A stretch of DNA of 64,000 nucleotides, from positions 71,235 to 135,234 of the forward strand of contig JBBRAU010000001.1 of NCBI GenBank assembly GCA_038206475.1, read 5' to 3'. Under the pieces are notes generated by a model. That model was given only the letters and a program-made list of their open reading frames with translations, was not told where the DNA came from and made no database searches. The first letter of the stretch is position 1. Each line of letters begins with the position of its first letter. This DNA is from Patescibacteria group bacterium (GTDB lineage: Bacteria; Patescibacteriota; UBA1384; JBBRAU01). The position numbers were made by a program, and so were the translations under genes. This document shows positions 29,654 through 39,824 of this stretch, piece after piece.

Positions 29654-30744
29654 ATTCTTTCTTCAATGCTTGTAGATTCAGGTAAAGGTAAACGAGCAGT
29701 GGGGACGGCGAAGCGGGATGCGCTGCCACTGGCCAGCTGAAATAGAGCAGCGACGCCAATCATGGCGGCATTGTCAGTATAAAGCCCTGAGGAGGGGAAA
29801 TACACCGGCAGACCTAATTTTTGGCCCAACGCTGAGGCCTCAGCCTTGAGCAGCTGATTATTCGCGACGCCGCCGACAATAGCCAGGCCGCTGGGACTGG
29901 TTGCTTCAGCTGCTCGGCGCAGTTGAGAAATGAGGCTGCCCGTAACTGCCTGTTGAAAACTGGCGGCCAGATCGGCTCGGTCTTGCTCTGATAGGTCTGG
30001 CAACGCCGCAACTTGCCGGCGCAGCGCTGTTTTTAGGCCCGAGAATGAGAAATCCAGTGACGCTTGGTGCTGCATTGGTGTAGGTAGCGGAAAACGGCTT
30101 GGGTTGCCGTGTTCGGCCAATTTGCTCAGGCTTGGGCCGCCCGGGTAGGCCAAGCCCAAAAACTGCGCCGCCTTATCAAAAGCTTCGCCGGCGGCGTCAT
30201 CACGCGTGCGGCCCAGTAGTTGATACTGGCCTGGGCGTTCGATCAGGTATAGCGAGCTGTGGCCGCCGCTGGCAGTTAAAGCCAATATTGGCCAGCTGGC
30301 TTCCGGCGCATCAGGCAAGAAAGACAGCAAATGGCCTTCATAGTGGTTAATCGGCAAAAGTGGCAGATCGTTGGCAAAGGCGATGGCGTTAGCAAATTCC
30401 GTACCGACGAGTAGTGAGCCAATTAAGCCTGGTCCTTCGGTGACGGCAATGGCATCAATCTTATCCAAATGCTCCTGGCTGGAATTTTGCTGCCAGCCAT
30501 CGAGCGAGCCGTGTTGCCAGACGTAGAGGGTCTGATCAACCACTGGCAGCATGGCTTGCAGTTGCGCCCTGGCGGCAACCTCCGGCACGACGCCGCCGGT
30601 TAGCTGGTGTAGCGGGATCTGTGAAGAAATGATGTTAGATGCAATCTGAATATCTCGAACGCCTCCACTTAAAATGTCGCCGCCGACAATCGCCGCGGCA
30701 GTTTCATCGCAACTTGTCTCGATTGACAGAATATGTTTTTGCAC
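29650..30744 (-). CDS. tsaD: tRNA threonylcarbamoyladenosine biosynthesis protein TsaD
   Basis: IETSCDET, GPGLIGSL, HYEGH, SGGH, DDAAGEAFDK, FSFSGLKT, TDNAAMIG. Confidence 0.97.
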   Translation of the reverse strand: MQKHILSIETSCDETAAAIVGGDILSGGVRDIQIASNIISSQIPLHQLTGGVVPEVAARAQLQAMLPVVDQTLYVWQHGSLDGWQQNSSQEHLDKIDAIAVTEGPGLIGSLLVGTEFANAIAFANDLPLLPINHYEGHLLSFLPDAPEASWPILALTASGGHSSLYLIERPGQYQLLGRTRDDAAGEAFDKAAQFLGLAYPGGPSLSKLAEHGNPSRFPLPTPMQHQASLDFSFSGLKTALRRQVAALPDLSEQDRADLAASFQQAVTGSLISQLRRAAEATSPSGLAIVGGVANNQLLKAEASALGQKLGLPVYFPSSGLYTDNAAMIGVAALFQLASGSASRFAVPTARLPLPESTSIEERI

Positions 30745-30813
30745 ACATCTGTTGTAGCACAGGCGTGGCAGGTGCGGCCAGGGCTTGTGCGTCCACCGAC
30801 AATTTTGCCACGA

Positions 30814-30864
30814 CGCTTCGCGTCGGCAAATATGCTACTCCGCTTCGCGTCGGCAAATATGCTA
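30814..30864. repeat. 24-bp direct repeat (period 27) in the divergent tsaD/femX intergenic region
   Basis: CGCTTCGCGTCGGCAAATATGCTA at 30814-30837 and 30841-30864. Confidence 0.9.
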
Positions 30865-30874
30865 GGCTTGGGTC

Positions 30875-31813
30875 ATGCAGTCATTTATGCAAACTGAAGC
30901 GTGGGCTGATTTTAAGGTCCGCTTTGGCTGGACCAAGCACCGTGTCGCTGATGTTTGGGTGCTTGAGAGGCCAATTCTGTTCGGCAAGAGCTTGCTCTAT
31001 GCGCCCGAGGTGTGGCTGCCAGAGCAGTTTGACGCAGCCAAAACCATTATCGAGCAGCTGTCGCAGTTTACGGGGGAGCGGCCAGAGGCCATGGCGTTGC
31101 GGCTGGAGGTGCTAAACCGGCATGACCACAGCCCGCTGGGTCTAGCTGAATTCGGTTTTGTGCCGAGTTTTGAGGAGGTGCAACCGCGCTGGCGTCAAGT
31201 AATACCAATCGAGGATGACGCTGAGGGACTACTTAAGCAAATGACCGAGAAGGGCCGCTACAACGTCAAGTTGGCTGCTAGGCGCGGCGTTGAGGTGAAG
31301 GTGCGCGATGAGCAGATGTTTTTAGAAGAAGACACGCACCTGTTTTATAAACTCTACTTAGCGACTGCAACGCGGCAACACTTTTCGCCACGGCCGGAAG
31401 GCTACATTCGCGAGCTGCTGAAGCTGCTGTACCAGCAGAAGTGGGGCGCCCTTATTGTGGCTGAGCGTGACGGTCAGCCACTGTGCGCCCATATCGTTTC
31501 TTGGTACGACGGCCTGGCCTCATACTTATACGGCGCCTCAATTCCTGACGACCAAGGTTCGATGGCGCCCTATCTGGTGCACTTTCAAAGCATGCTTGAA
31601 GCCAAAGAACACGGTTGTCGTGAGTATGACCTATTGGCAATTGGCCCGCCGGATGGTTTATCGCCGCTGTCGAAGAAATACGCCGGCCTGACGCAGTTCA
31701 AACAACGCTTCGGCGGCCGAGCGGTGGCTATCGTTGGTGCCTACGACTTTATTATGCAGCCGTTTTGGTACAAGCTGTATCGTACACTTGAGAAATCGCG
31801 CCGGCGGCTGTGA
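30875..31813 (+). CDS. FemAB/FemX family peptidoglycan bridge aminoacyltransferase
   Basis: SFMQTEAWADFK..GW, KGRYNVKLAARRGVEV, YLYGAS, GLTQFKQRFGG. Confidence 0.9.
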   Translation: MQSFMQTEAWADFKVRFGWTKHRVADVWVLERPILFGKSLLYAPEVWLPEQFDAAKTIIEQLSQFTGERPEAMALRLEVLNRHDHSPLGLAEFGFVPSFEEVQPRWRQVIPIEDDAEGLLKQMTEKGRYNVKLAARRGVEVKVRDEQMFLEEDTHLFYKLYLATATRQHFSPRPEGYIRELLKLLYQQKWGALIVAERDGQPLCAHIVSWYDGLASYLYGASIPDDQGSMAPYLVHFQSMLEAKEHGCREYDLLAIGPPDGLSPLSKKYAGLTQFKQRFGGRAVAIVGAYDFIMQPFWYKLYRTLEKSRRRL

Positions 31814-33087
31814 TGGCGCGCCTCAGGTCTCTCATTCCATCGCCGCTACTGCACGTCTATCATGCGCTGCAAGGTTGGTTTTGGGCGGCCGCTTACGGCT
31901 TTCCGGCCCGCGGCGTAACGGTGATTGGCGTCACCGGTACTAACGGTAAAACAACCACCTGCCATTTCATCACGGCCATCTTAAAAGCGGCTGGACATAC
32001 CGTTGGTATGCAAACAACAATTGACGTTGAAATTGCCGGCATGGTAACAAAAAACAACTCAAAAATGACCACCCCGGGCCGCCGACGGTTTAATGCGCTA
32101 CTCCGGCAGATGCGCCAGGCCGGCTGTACCCACTTAGTACTCGAAACCTCAAGCCACGCCATTGACCAGTCGCGGATTGTTGGCATCCCGTACACGGCGG
32201 CGGTGTTAACTAATATTACGCGTGACCACCTGGATTACCATAAAACGATGGATGCATATGCGGCCACCAAACTACGCCTGTGGTCTGAGCAGCAGCTTGA
32301 ATTGTCGGTTATTAATCGGGCGGACCCGCGTTGGGCCACCTTCTATGAGCAGCCAGCCAAGCGTCGTTTGCTCTACGGGTTGGCCGAGGTTAGCTCCGAG
32401 CAAGGTATTGCGGCCGAGGTAATTAAGCTTGGAAAGCCAACCACGTTTTCGGCGGTGTGCGGCGACCAGAAACTGCCAATCACACTCAATCTGCCCGGCC
32501 GATTCAATATTGAAAACGCCATGGCGGCGATTGCCGTGGGTGTTGGCCTCGACGTGCCCTCGTCTGCCATTGCATCTGGTATCGCCTCGGTCACAGCGGT
32601 AGCCGGCCGCATGGAGTTGGTTGAGGCCGGCCAGCCGTTCACGATTATCTTGGACTATGCACATACGCCTGACGCGCTGGAAAAGCTGTACCAAACGGTT
32701 AAACCAGAAACAGACGGCCGACTAATCGCTGTGCTTGGCGCCACCGGCAACCGCGACCGCGGCAAGCGGCCAACGCTCGGCGCGCTGGCCGACCAGTACG
32801 CCGATATTGTCGTTTTAACTGACGAAGACCCATACGACGAAGATCCGGCGGCGATTATTACCGCTGTGCAGGCCGGAGTCAAGCATAAAACAGTGGGTCA
32901 GACCCTGTACACAGCACCCAACCGCGCTGACGGCATTCGGCAGGCGCTGGATTTGGCTCAGCCAGGCGACAGTGTGATTATCTCTGGCAAGGGCGCGGAA
33001 GAGGTGATGGCCGTCGCTGGCGGCAAGCTTGTCCCCTGGTCTGACCGCAAAGTGGTTGAGCGAGCGTTGGCCAAAATAAGCGCTTGA
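31810..33087 (+). CDS. murE: UDP-MurNAc-tripeptide synthetase MurE
   Basis: GVTGTNGKTT, ETSSH, TNITRDHLDYH, GRME, DYAHTPD, GKG. Confidence 0.93.
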   Translation: MMARLRSLIPSPLLHVYHALQGWFWAAAYGFPARGVTVIGVTGTNGKTTTCHFITAILKAAGHTVGMQTTIDVEIAGMVTKNNSKMTTPGRRRFNALLRQMRQAGCTHLVLETSSHAIDQSRIVGIPYTAAVLTNITRDHLDYHKTMDAYAATKLRLWSEQQLELSVINRADPRWATFYEQPAKRRLLYGLAEVSSEQGIAAEVIKLGKPTTFSAVCGDQKLPITLNLPGRFNIENAMAAIAVGVGLDVPSSAIASGIASVTAVAGRMELVEAGQPFTIILDYAHTPDALEKLYQTVKPETDGRLIAVLGATGNRDRGKRPTLGALADQYADIVVLTDEDPYDEDPAAIITAVQAGVKHKTVGQTLYTAPNRADGIRQALDLAQPGDSVIISGKGAEEVMAVAGGKLVPWSDRKVVERALAKISA

Positions 33088-33189
33088 CGCTTTGAACTGT
33101 GCGCGCTTCGCGCTACACTCAAAGCAGCAAAAACAACAAAAGCAGGATTCTCACAACCTCGGGTGGTGAGAAGGAGGAAGGGCAAAAGC

Positions 33190-35307
33190 ATGCCGCGCCG
33201 CAAAAAAATCCGCCTACGTTGGTGGCAATCGCAACGCGAAGATGGCTCCGTCGCCACTGACTTTGGTATCGCTCCAGAGACAGCCCGCGAAATGGTCGCC
33301 GCGCTGCTGCTGCTGCTTGGCGTTTTGCTCGTCCTGTCACTCCTGGGCATCGGCGGCAAAGCCGGCACAGCGCTGTCGAGTCTGCTGCACAAAAGCTTCG
33401 GCTTAACGGCCTATTTAGTGCCGGTCGTGGCCTTGTCTCTCGGCTCAGCCTTCTGGACCGAAAAGAAAGAGCAAGCCAAGCCATCGAATGTGCTCGGCCT
33501 CCTTTTGGGGTTAGTGTTCTTGTCGGCTTTCTTTCACGTCTTTATTGCCCCGGACAACATGGCCGAGATAGCGCGGAGTGGTCAAGCCGGCGGCAGCCTT
33601 GGCGCCCTGTTGGCGCGCCCGGCTCGTGAGACATTTGGCGTCATTGGTGCATTCTTCTTATTTATTATACTCGACGTTGTAGCCTGGGCGATTGGCCTAA
33701 ACACCTCAATCAAAACCTTCTTCCAGCCGTTTTTGCCGGAGGGTGACGGAGCGGTCAAGGTTAACCAAGGCAACGCCGTCTCAGTTTTTCAACTGGCCAA
33801 GCGTGGTATCGGCGGTTTGCGCATGCGGGCTGAGCGCTCGCAGGCACCGGTGGTTGAGGTTGATATGGCGCCGCCAATGCGCTCGGTCAAGGGCGCTAAC
33901 TGGGAGTTTCCGCCGGTTGAGCTGCTAGAAGACGGTAATGACCAAGTCAGCTCCGGCAATATCACCAAAAATGCCGAAATCATCCAAAAGACGCTCAAGG
34001 AGTTTGGTGTTGATGTGACGATGGGCGAGGTGAACGTTGGCCCGACCGTCGCTCAGTACACCTTGAAGCCGACTGAGGGTGTTAAGTTGAACCAAATTGT
34101 CGCCCGCCAGAATGACCTGGCGCTGTCGCTGGCGGCTAAGTCGCTGCGTATTGAAGCGCCCATCCCCGGCAAAGCCGCCGTTGGCGTTGAGGTACCAAAC
34201 AAGGTGGCCGCCAAGGTGACACTGAAGGAGATTCTGCAGTCCAAAGACTTCCGCGCCTTAAAGTCGCCGCTCGGCATGGCGATCGGTCGCGATGTGGCCG
34301 GCGCCCCGGTGGCGCTAGACTTGGAGAAAATGCCGCACGTCTTGATTGCCGGCGCCACGGGCTCCGGCAAGAGCGTCTGTATTAATTCGCTCATTTTAAC
34401 CTTTTTGTTCGGCAATACGCCGGCTGATTTGCGCCTGCTGTTGGTTGACCCAAAGCGGGTAGAGCTGACCAACTACAACGGTATTCCGCACCTGTTGACC
34501 CCGGTCATTACGGAGGCCGACAAAACTGTTTCGGCTCTGAAATGGCTGGTGGCCGAGATGGACCGGCGTTATCGCACCTTCTCCGAGCACGGTCGGCGCA
34601 ACATTGTGGCCTACAACGAAAGTCCGCCAGACAGCGCCGCACCGATGCCGCGTATTGTCTGTGTCATTGATGAGTTAGCCGACCTGATGGCTGTTTCCTC
34701 CAAAGAAGTTGAGGCCTCAATCGTGCGGTTGGCCCAAATGGCCCGTGCGACTGGCATTCACTTGATTGTTGCAACCCAGCGGCCGTCGGTTGATGTCATC
34801 ACCGGCTTGATTAAGGCCAATGTGCCGATGCGCTTCGCCTTTGCCGTCGCCTCACAGGTAGACTCACGAACGATTTTGGACCAGTCGGGTGCCGACAAGC
34901 TGCTTGGAAACGGCGATATGCTCATTTTAGGCAACGACGTTACTAAGCCGCGTCGTGTCCAAGGCGCCTACACTTCTGATAAAGAGATTAATAAGGTGAT
35001 CGAGTTTTTGAAAGAACGCTCGGTGGCCCAGTACGACCAGTCAATTACTGAGTTCAAGCCGTCTGGTGGCATGGCTGGCGCTCTCGGCGGCGAGCATTCC
35101 GGCGAAGATGAAATGTACGACCAGGCGATGGAGGTAGTCGTGCAGGCCGGCAAAGCCTCAGCCTCGCTGTTGCAGCGCCGCCTAAAGGTTGGTTACGCCC
35201 GAGCTGCACGGTTGCTCGACCTGCTGGAAGAGGACGGCGTGATCGGCCCCGGCGACGGTGCTAAGCCGCGCGACATCTTAGTCTCCCGCGACCACACCGA
35301 CTACTAG
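33190..35307 (+). CDS. ftsK: DNA translocase FtsK
   Basis: 4TM N-domain, PHVLIAGATGSGKS, IDELADLM, ATQRPSVDV, gamma domain SLLQRRLKVGYARAAR. Confidence 0.97.
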   Translation: MPRRKKIRLRWWQSQREDGSVATDFGIAPETAREMVAALLLLLGVLLVLSLLGIGGKAGTALSSLLHKSFGLTAYLVPVVALSLGSAFWTEKKEQAKPSNVLGLLLGLVFLSAFFHVFIAPDNMAEIARSGQAGGSLGALLARPARETFGVIGAFFLFIILDVVAWAIGLNTSIKTFFQPFLPEGDGAVKVNQGNAVSVFQLAKRGIGGLRMRAERSQAPVVEVDMAPPMRSVKGANWEFPPVELLEDGNDQVSSGNITKNAEIIQKTLKEFGVDVTMGEVNVGPTVAQYTLKPTEGVKLNQIVARQNDLALSLAAKSLRIEAPIPGKAAVGVEVPNKVAAKVTLKEILQSKDFRALKSPLGMAIGRDVAGAPVALDLEKMPHVLIAGATGSGKSVCINSLILTFLFGNTPADLRLLLVDPKRVELTNYNGIPHLLTPVITEADKTVSALKWLVAEMDRRYRTFSEHGRRNIVAYNESPPDSAAPMPRIVCVIDELADLMAVSSKEVEASIVRLAQMARATGIHLIVATQRPSVDVITGLIKANVPMRFAFAVASQVDSRTILDQSGADKLLGNGDMLILGNDVTKPRRVQGAYTSDKEINKVIEFLKERSVAQYDQSITEFKPSGGMAGALGGEHSGEDEMYDQAMEVVVQAGKASASLLQRRLKVGYARAARLLDLLEEDGVIGPGDGAKPRDILVSRDHTDY

Positions 35308-35430
35308 GCATCGGCCTTTAGTCGGTTTTTATTCGTCTTGCGCGGTACATGCGACCGTCGTAGACTACATGATAAGGCAGGACGCGAGTCTTTCAGGGCG
35401 CTTTTTCTCTCGACACTACAATAGCGAGGA

Positions 35431-36141
35431 GTGGCAATAGCAGCAGCCGGTTTTAGACTACGCAACATTAAAACCAGTCTCACTTTAGGTGAGAAGCTGG
35501 CTGCTGCTCGTACCAAGCAGCAGCTTTCGATTGACCAGGTGGAAGAGGCGACGAAGATCCGGGCCAAATACCTGCGGGCGATTGAAGGCGGTCGCTACCA
35601 CGAACTGCCAACCGGCGCCTACCCGCGCGGTTTCGTCTTCACCTATGGCAGTCACCTCGGCCTAGCGGAGAGCGATCTCTGCGTTGATTGGCAGCGCGAA
35701 GCCAAACTTGCGCCCTGCGAAATGCATATTGTGGCCGAGCCGTCTCTGCAGCTCCGCCGCTTTTTTGTGACGCCTCGGTTGCTGGCTACCTCCGGCGCCG
35801 CCCTAAGCGTACTAACGGTGCTCTGCTATGTGCTCATTCAAATTGCCCACTTAACCGGTGGCCCCGACCTGGCGATTGCGGCCCCGGCCAATCGTTCCGT
35901 CGTGACGGTTGACCATGTGGTAGTCAGTGGCCAAACAATTCGCGAGTCGCACGTTGAAATTAACGGCCAGGTGGTGCAAACCGACCAGGACGGCAGTTTT
36001 AGCCAAGGTTTGCAGCTTGACCCAGGCCTGAACACCATTGACGTCATGGCGCGCGGTCAAAATGGCCGCGAAACCAAAAATACGCTCCTGGTTGAGCGCC
36101 AAGCCTCGCTGGGTGTAAACACCGCCTCACTCATCCCGTAA
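35431..36141 (+). CDS. RodZ-like HTH-TM-Ig protein
   Basis: LGEKLAAAR..TKIRAKYLRAIEGG..YPRGF, TM, C-terminal Ig-like LDPGLNTIDV. Confidence 0.82.
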   Translation: MAIAAAGFRLRNIKTSLTLGEKLAAARTKQQLSIDQVEEATKIRAKYLRAIEGGRYHELPTGAYPRGFVFTYGSHLGLAESDLCVDWQREAKLAPCEMHIVAEPSLQLRRFFVTPRLLATSGAALSVLTVLCYVLIQIAHLTGGPDLAIAAPANRSVVTVDHVVVSGQTIRESHVEINGQVVQTDQDGSFSQGLQLDPGLNTIDVMARGQNGRETKNTLLVERQASLGVNTASLIP

Positions 36142-36223
36142 TCGCGGCTTGTGATCTTGTTGGCTGCCACAGCCATTTTTTGTGGCTACGGGTAGGCTGT
36201 TGCCAGCGGCAAATTTGTGTACA

Positions 36224-37342
36224 ATGATGGGGAGAACAAAAGCCGAAACAGCAAAGAAAAGCGAGGTAGCTGTGGTTACACAAGAAGAAGGCAAGCGCGA
36301 GGCACTGGATGTGGCCCTGGCCCACATTGAAAAGCAATTCGGCAAGGGCTCTATTATGCGTCTAACCGAGAATAATGCTCTCCAAATTGCCACAACACCG
36401 ACCGGCTCGCTTGGCTTGGATATTGCTCTTGGCGCCGGTGGCCTTCCCTATGGCCGCGTAATCGAGATTTACGGTCCAGAATCATCTGGTAAAACTACCC
36501 TTGCGCTGTCGGCCATTGCTGAGGCGCAAAAGCATGGCGGCACCTGTGCCTTAATTGACGCTGAGCACGCTTTTGACCCAGACTTTGGCCAAAAAATAGG
36601 CGTTAATTTGGATGAGCTTTTGGTTTCGCAGCCAGATACCGGCGAGCAGGCTTTGGAAATTACCGAAACGCTGGTACGTTCTAACGCCGTCGACATTATT
36701 GTCATCGACTCGGTGGCTGCCTTGGTGCCGCGGGCTGAAATTGAAGGCGAAATGGGTGACGCCATGGTCGGCGTGCAAGCGCGGTTAATGTCGCAAGCGC
36801 TGCGCAAGTTGACCGGCGCTATTTCTAAAGCTAAAACGGTGGTCATTTTTATCAATCAAATCCGGATGAAAATCGGCGTTATGTTTGGCAACCCAGAGAC
36901 GACTTCGGGCGGCAATGCGCTGAAGTTTTATGCCTCGGTGCGTTTGGATATTCGGCGCAAAGAGGCTCTTAAGCAGGGCGACCAAACTATTGGCAACCAC
37001 GTGGCAGTGAAGGTGGTTAAGAATAAGGTGGCGCCGCCGTTTCGGGTGGCTGAGTTTGATATTTTGTGGGGTGAGGGTATCTCACACGAAGGCGAGCTCT
37101 TGGATCTCGGCGCTGAATACGGCGTGGTTAAAAAAAGCGGCAGTTGGTACGAATATGACGAGCAAAAGCTTGGCCAAGGCAAAGAGGGCGCCCGTGGTTA
37201 TCTGAAGGAACATCCACAAATTGCCGAAGCGATTGAAAAGGCTATCCGTATTGCTGCCGGTATTGTCATTGATAAAGAGGCACTTGAAGCCGCCCCTGTT
37301 GCCGCCAAATCCGCGGACGATAGCACTCCGGCTGCTGTCTAG
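36224..37342 (+). CDS. recA: Recombinase RecA
   Basis: [39 protein letters not shown]; start may be GTG 36272. Confidence 0.98.
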   Translation: MMGRTKAETAKKSEVAVVTQEEGKREALDVALAHIEKQFGKGSIMRLTENNALQIATTPTGSLGLDIALGAGGLPYGRVIEIYGPESSGKTTLALSAIAEAQKHGGTCALIDAEHAFDPDFGQKIGVNLDELLVSQPDTGEQALEITETLVRSNAVDIIVIDSVAALVPRAEIEGEMGDAMVGVQARLMSQALRKLTGAISKAKTVVIFINQIRMKIGVMFGNPETTSGGNALKFYASVRLDIRRKEALKQGDQTIGNHVAVKVVKNKVAPPFRVAEFDILWGEGISHEGELLDLGAEYGVVKKSGSWYEYDEQKLGQGKEGARGYLKEHPQIAEAIEKAIRIAAGIVIDKEALEAAPVAAKSADDSTPAAV

Positions 37343-37742
37343 GCGCGCCTACTCGGCCGCTGAGCTGACCGAACGTCTGGCTCGTCGGGAGGTGCCGCCA
37401 GAGCAGATTGCAACAACACTGGCTTGGTTACAAGATAAGCAGCTGTTGTCTGATGAGCAGGTCGCGGCGAGTGTGGTGCGGCTATCGGTGCGTCACGGCC
37501 GCTTTTGGTTGCAGGGCAAACTGCATCAACGAGGCATCGCTAAAGAGACGGCCGAGCAGGCGCTGGCGGCACGTTCAGCAGCCGACGACCAAGAACTGGC
37601 TCTGGCTGAAGCTAGGCGGCAAAGTACAGCGCTTGCTGGACTGCCGCGAGAGCTGCAGCGCCGCCGATTGACCGGCCGGTTGCTTCGGCGTGGTTTTGCC
37701 GCTACAGTAGTACGTGACGTCTGTCGGCAGGTACTTTCCTAG
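37284..37742 (+). CDS. recX: RecX regulatory protein
   Basis: [31 protein letters not shown]; overlaps recA end; start uncertain. Confidence 0.88.
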   Translation: MKPPLLPPNPRTIALRLLSRRAYSAAELTERLARREVPPEQIATTLAWLQDKQLLSDEQVAASVVRLSVRHGRFWLQGKLHQRGIAKETAEQALAARSAADDQELALAEARRQSTALAGLPRELQRRRLTGRLLRRGFAATVVRDVCRQVLS

Positions 37743-37833
37743 CACTGCATGTGACAGTGGTTGCCGGTGGCAACTTTTTTATTCGTCTCAAAATCAATAT
37801 GATGAATGCTGGTGTTAAGACCAGGAGGAAACT

Positions 37834-38862
37834 ATGCGGACAAAAATTCTTTGCGGCATCGGACCAAGTTCCTCCGACCGCAAAACGATTAAGTGGATGA
37901 TCGAAGCCGGCATGTCGATTGCCCGCTTTAATTTTTCGCACGGTGATCCGGAACAGTACAGAACCTGGACCAAGCTCATCCGTGAAGAGGCCGAGAAATT
38001 GGGTAAAAAAGTACCAATCATGCAGGACCTGCAAGGCCCGCGTATTCGCTTAGGCCAGCTCACAGAAGAGAAACAGATCTTAAAAGACGGTGACAAAGTA
38101 ACGATTGTACTGCACCAAGGCAAGCAGGCTAAGACGTCTGAAATTCCGTTCGGCGAAATGCCGTTTCCGTTTGATCTTCATGAAGGTAGCATCGTCATGC
38201 TTAATGAAGGCAAGGTGACGTTAGAGGTAACGAACGGCCGCCCAGGCGACGAGCGTTTCCCGGCGGCGGTCCGTGTCGGTGGTTGGATCGCCTCACGGAA
38301 GGGTATCAATGTGCCAACCTCAGCGCTGAAGATCTCCGCCCTGACAGCCAAAGATAAAGAAGACCTGATGTTTGGCCAAACGCAAAACTATGAGTTAGTT
38401 GGGCTGTCGTTTGTCCAAAATGCACAGGACGTCATTGACCTGCGGGCCATTGTCGGTAAAAAGGTACGCATTTACGCTAAAATCGAGAGCCGTCAAGCGA
38501 TTGAGAACTTTGACGAGATTATGAAGGTTTCGGACGGCATTATTATTGCCCGCGGCGACTTGGGTGTGGAGCTGCCGATCGAAGATATTCCGATCATTCA
38601 AAAAGAGCTTATTTTGCGCTCGCGCTACAACCATGTGCCGACAATTACGGCCACCCAAATGCTGTCGAACATGATTCAGAACCCGCTGCCCACTCGGGCT
38701 GAGGTGTCCGATATTGCTAATGCCGTATTTGATCGCACCGACTGTCTGTGGCTGTCAGACGAAACGGCGGTGGGCCAGTATCCGGTGCTCTGTGTCCAGA
38801 CGATGGCCAAAATTATTGAGCGGACCGAGCGCTTCCTCTACCAAAACCCTACCCTGTTCTAG
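37834..38862 (+). CDS. pyk: Pyruvate kinase (no C-terminal domain)
   Basis: RTKILCGIGPSS, RFNFSHG, DLQGPRIR, ARGDLGVE, ATQML, PTRAEVSD, LSDETAVG; AGGAGG RBS. Confidence 0.95.
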   Translation: MRTKILCGIGPSSSDRKTIKWMIEAGMSIARFNFSHGDPEQYRTWTKLIREEAEKLGKKVPIMQDLQGPRIRLGQLTEEKQILKDGDKVTIVLHQGKQAKTSEIPFGEMPFPFDLHEGSIVMLNEGKVTLEVTNGRPGDERFPAAVRVGGWIASRKGINVPTSALKISALTAKDKEDLMFGQTQNYELVGLSFVQNAQDVIDLRAIVGKKVRIYAKIESRQAIENFDEIMKVSDGIIIARGDLGVELPIEDIPIIQKELILRSRYNHVPTITATQMLSNMIQNPLPTRAEVSDIANAVFDRTDCLWLSDETAVGQYPVLCVQTMAKIIERTERFLYQNPTLF

Positions 38863-38957
38863 TACACTAAAGAAAAGCAAAAGGAGGCTGCGGCACTAGC
38901 TGCGGCAGCTCAATGGGCACCTGATGGAAGTCTTGCTTCCGGCAGGCAGCGGTAGGA

Positions 38958-39821
38958 GTGGGCATGTCTGATGTAACTGCAGTGGCAACAATGGCGCCTG
39001 GTAATCTGCCAGCACCGCCGCCATCTTTCTCTCCGGCACCGGCAGCGCCGGTGGTTTCGCCGTTGCCTAGTGCCGCCCCGGCGGCTGTTCCGACTGCACT
39101 CGCTATGCCGCCATCGCCACCAGCCATGCCAGAAGCTGCTATACCAGCGCCGTTGTCACCTCTGCCTGCTCCCCCCGCTAGTCCACTGCCGGCTAAGCCA
39201 GCTGATCTCCCATCAACGACAACTTCTGGTGTGACGCCCAGCGATGTGCCAACCACACTCAGCAAGTATGGTGTTGAACTCACTGACCAATTAATGCAGT
39301 CAGCCTTGCGCGCCGAAGCCCCGGAGCTCTGGCAATTCAGTAGCCAAGATAAAACCGGCGCCGTTGAGCTGGGCATCGAAACCCTGGTCAAACAACGCCT
39401 ACAGGCCATCCTCAATCACAAACAGCAGTACCATATCGCCGATGATGTGCTGACGGTCGTCAGTGGCGACGGTAAAGCCTATGTTGTGCCGACGGCGGCA
39501 CTAAAAGCGATGGCTCAGCCCAGTCGGCCAGCCGCCGGAAGCTCGGCTGATGACCTGGCCCGCCAGCTGGTGGCAGAAGCACTGCGGGTGCAAGCGGCGA
39601 ATTTTTCTGCCTCAACATTTGAACAAACACTCCAAGCGGCTGGCTACAGCGCCGCTGATTTTACGGCGCCGATCCTCTTTACCGATGACCAGGGTGTGCC
39701 GCAACCGGACCGTTTGGGCCGTCTCCTGCGCGACCGCATTATTAAGCAGGCAGTGTCAGCGGTGCTATCAGGCGACTCCGTGGCGGCAGTACCGCCGGTG
39801 GGAGCGTCGGCCGCCGCCTAA
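38958..39821 (+). CDS. Proline-rich hypothetical protein
   Basis: ORF with P/A-rich N-terminal ~95 aa; stop adjoins next gene. Confidence 0.65.
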   Translation: MGMSDVTAVATMAPGNLPAPPPSFSPAPAAPVVSPLPSAAPAAVPTALAMPPSPPAMPEAAIPAPLSPLPAPPASPLPAKPADLPSTTTSGVTPSDVPTTLSKYGVELTDQLMQSALRAEAPELWQFSSQDKTGAVELGIETLVKQRLQAILNHKQQYHIADDVLTVVSGDGKAYVVPTAALKAMAQPSRPAAGSSADDLARQLVAEALRVQAANFSASTFEQTLQAAGYSAADFTAPILFTDDQGVPQPDRLGRLLRDRIIKQAVSAVLSGDSVAAVPPVGASAAA

Positions 39822-39824
39822 TGG

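Noticed and set aside
38863-38957. Hairpin-rich leader after pyk with GGGCAC, considered as a c-di-GMP-II riboswitch
   Set aside because: Downstream consensus elements are not recognisable
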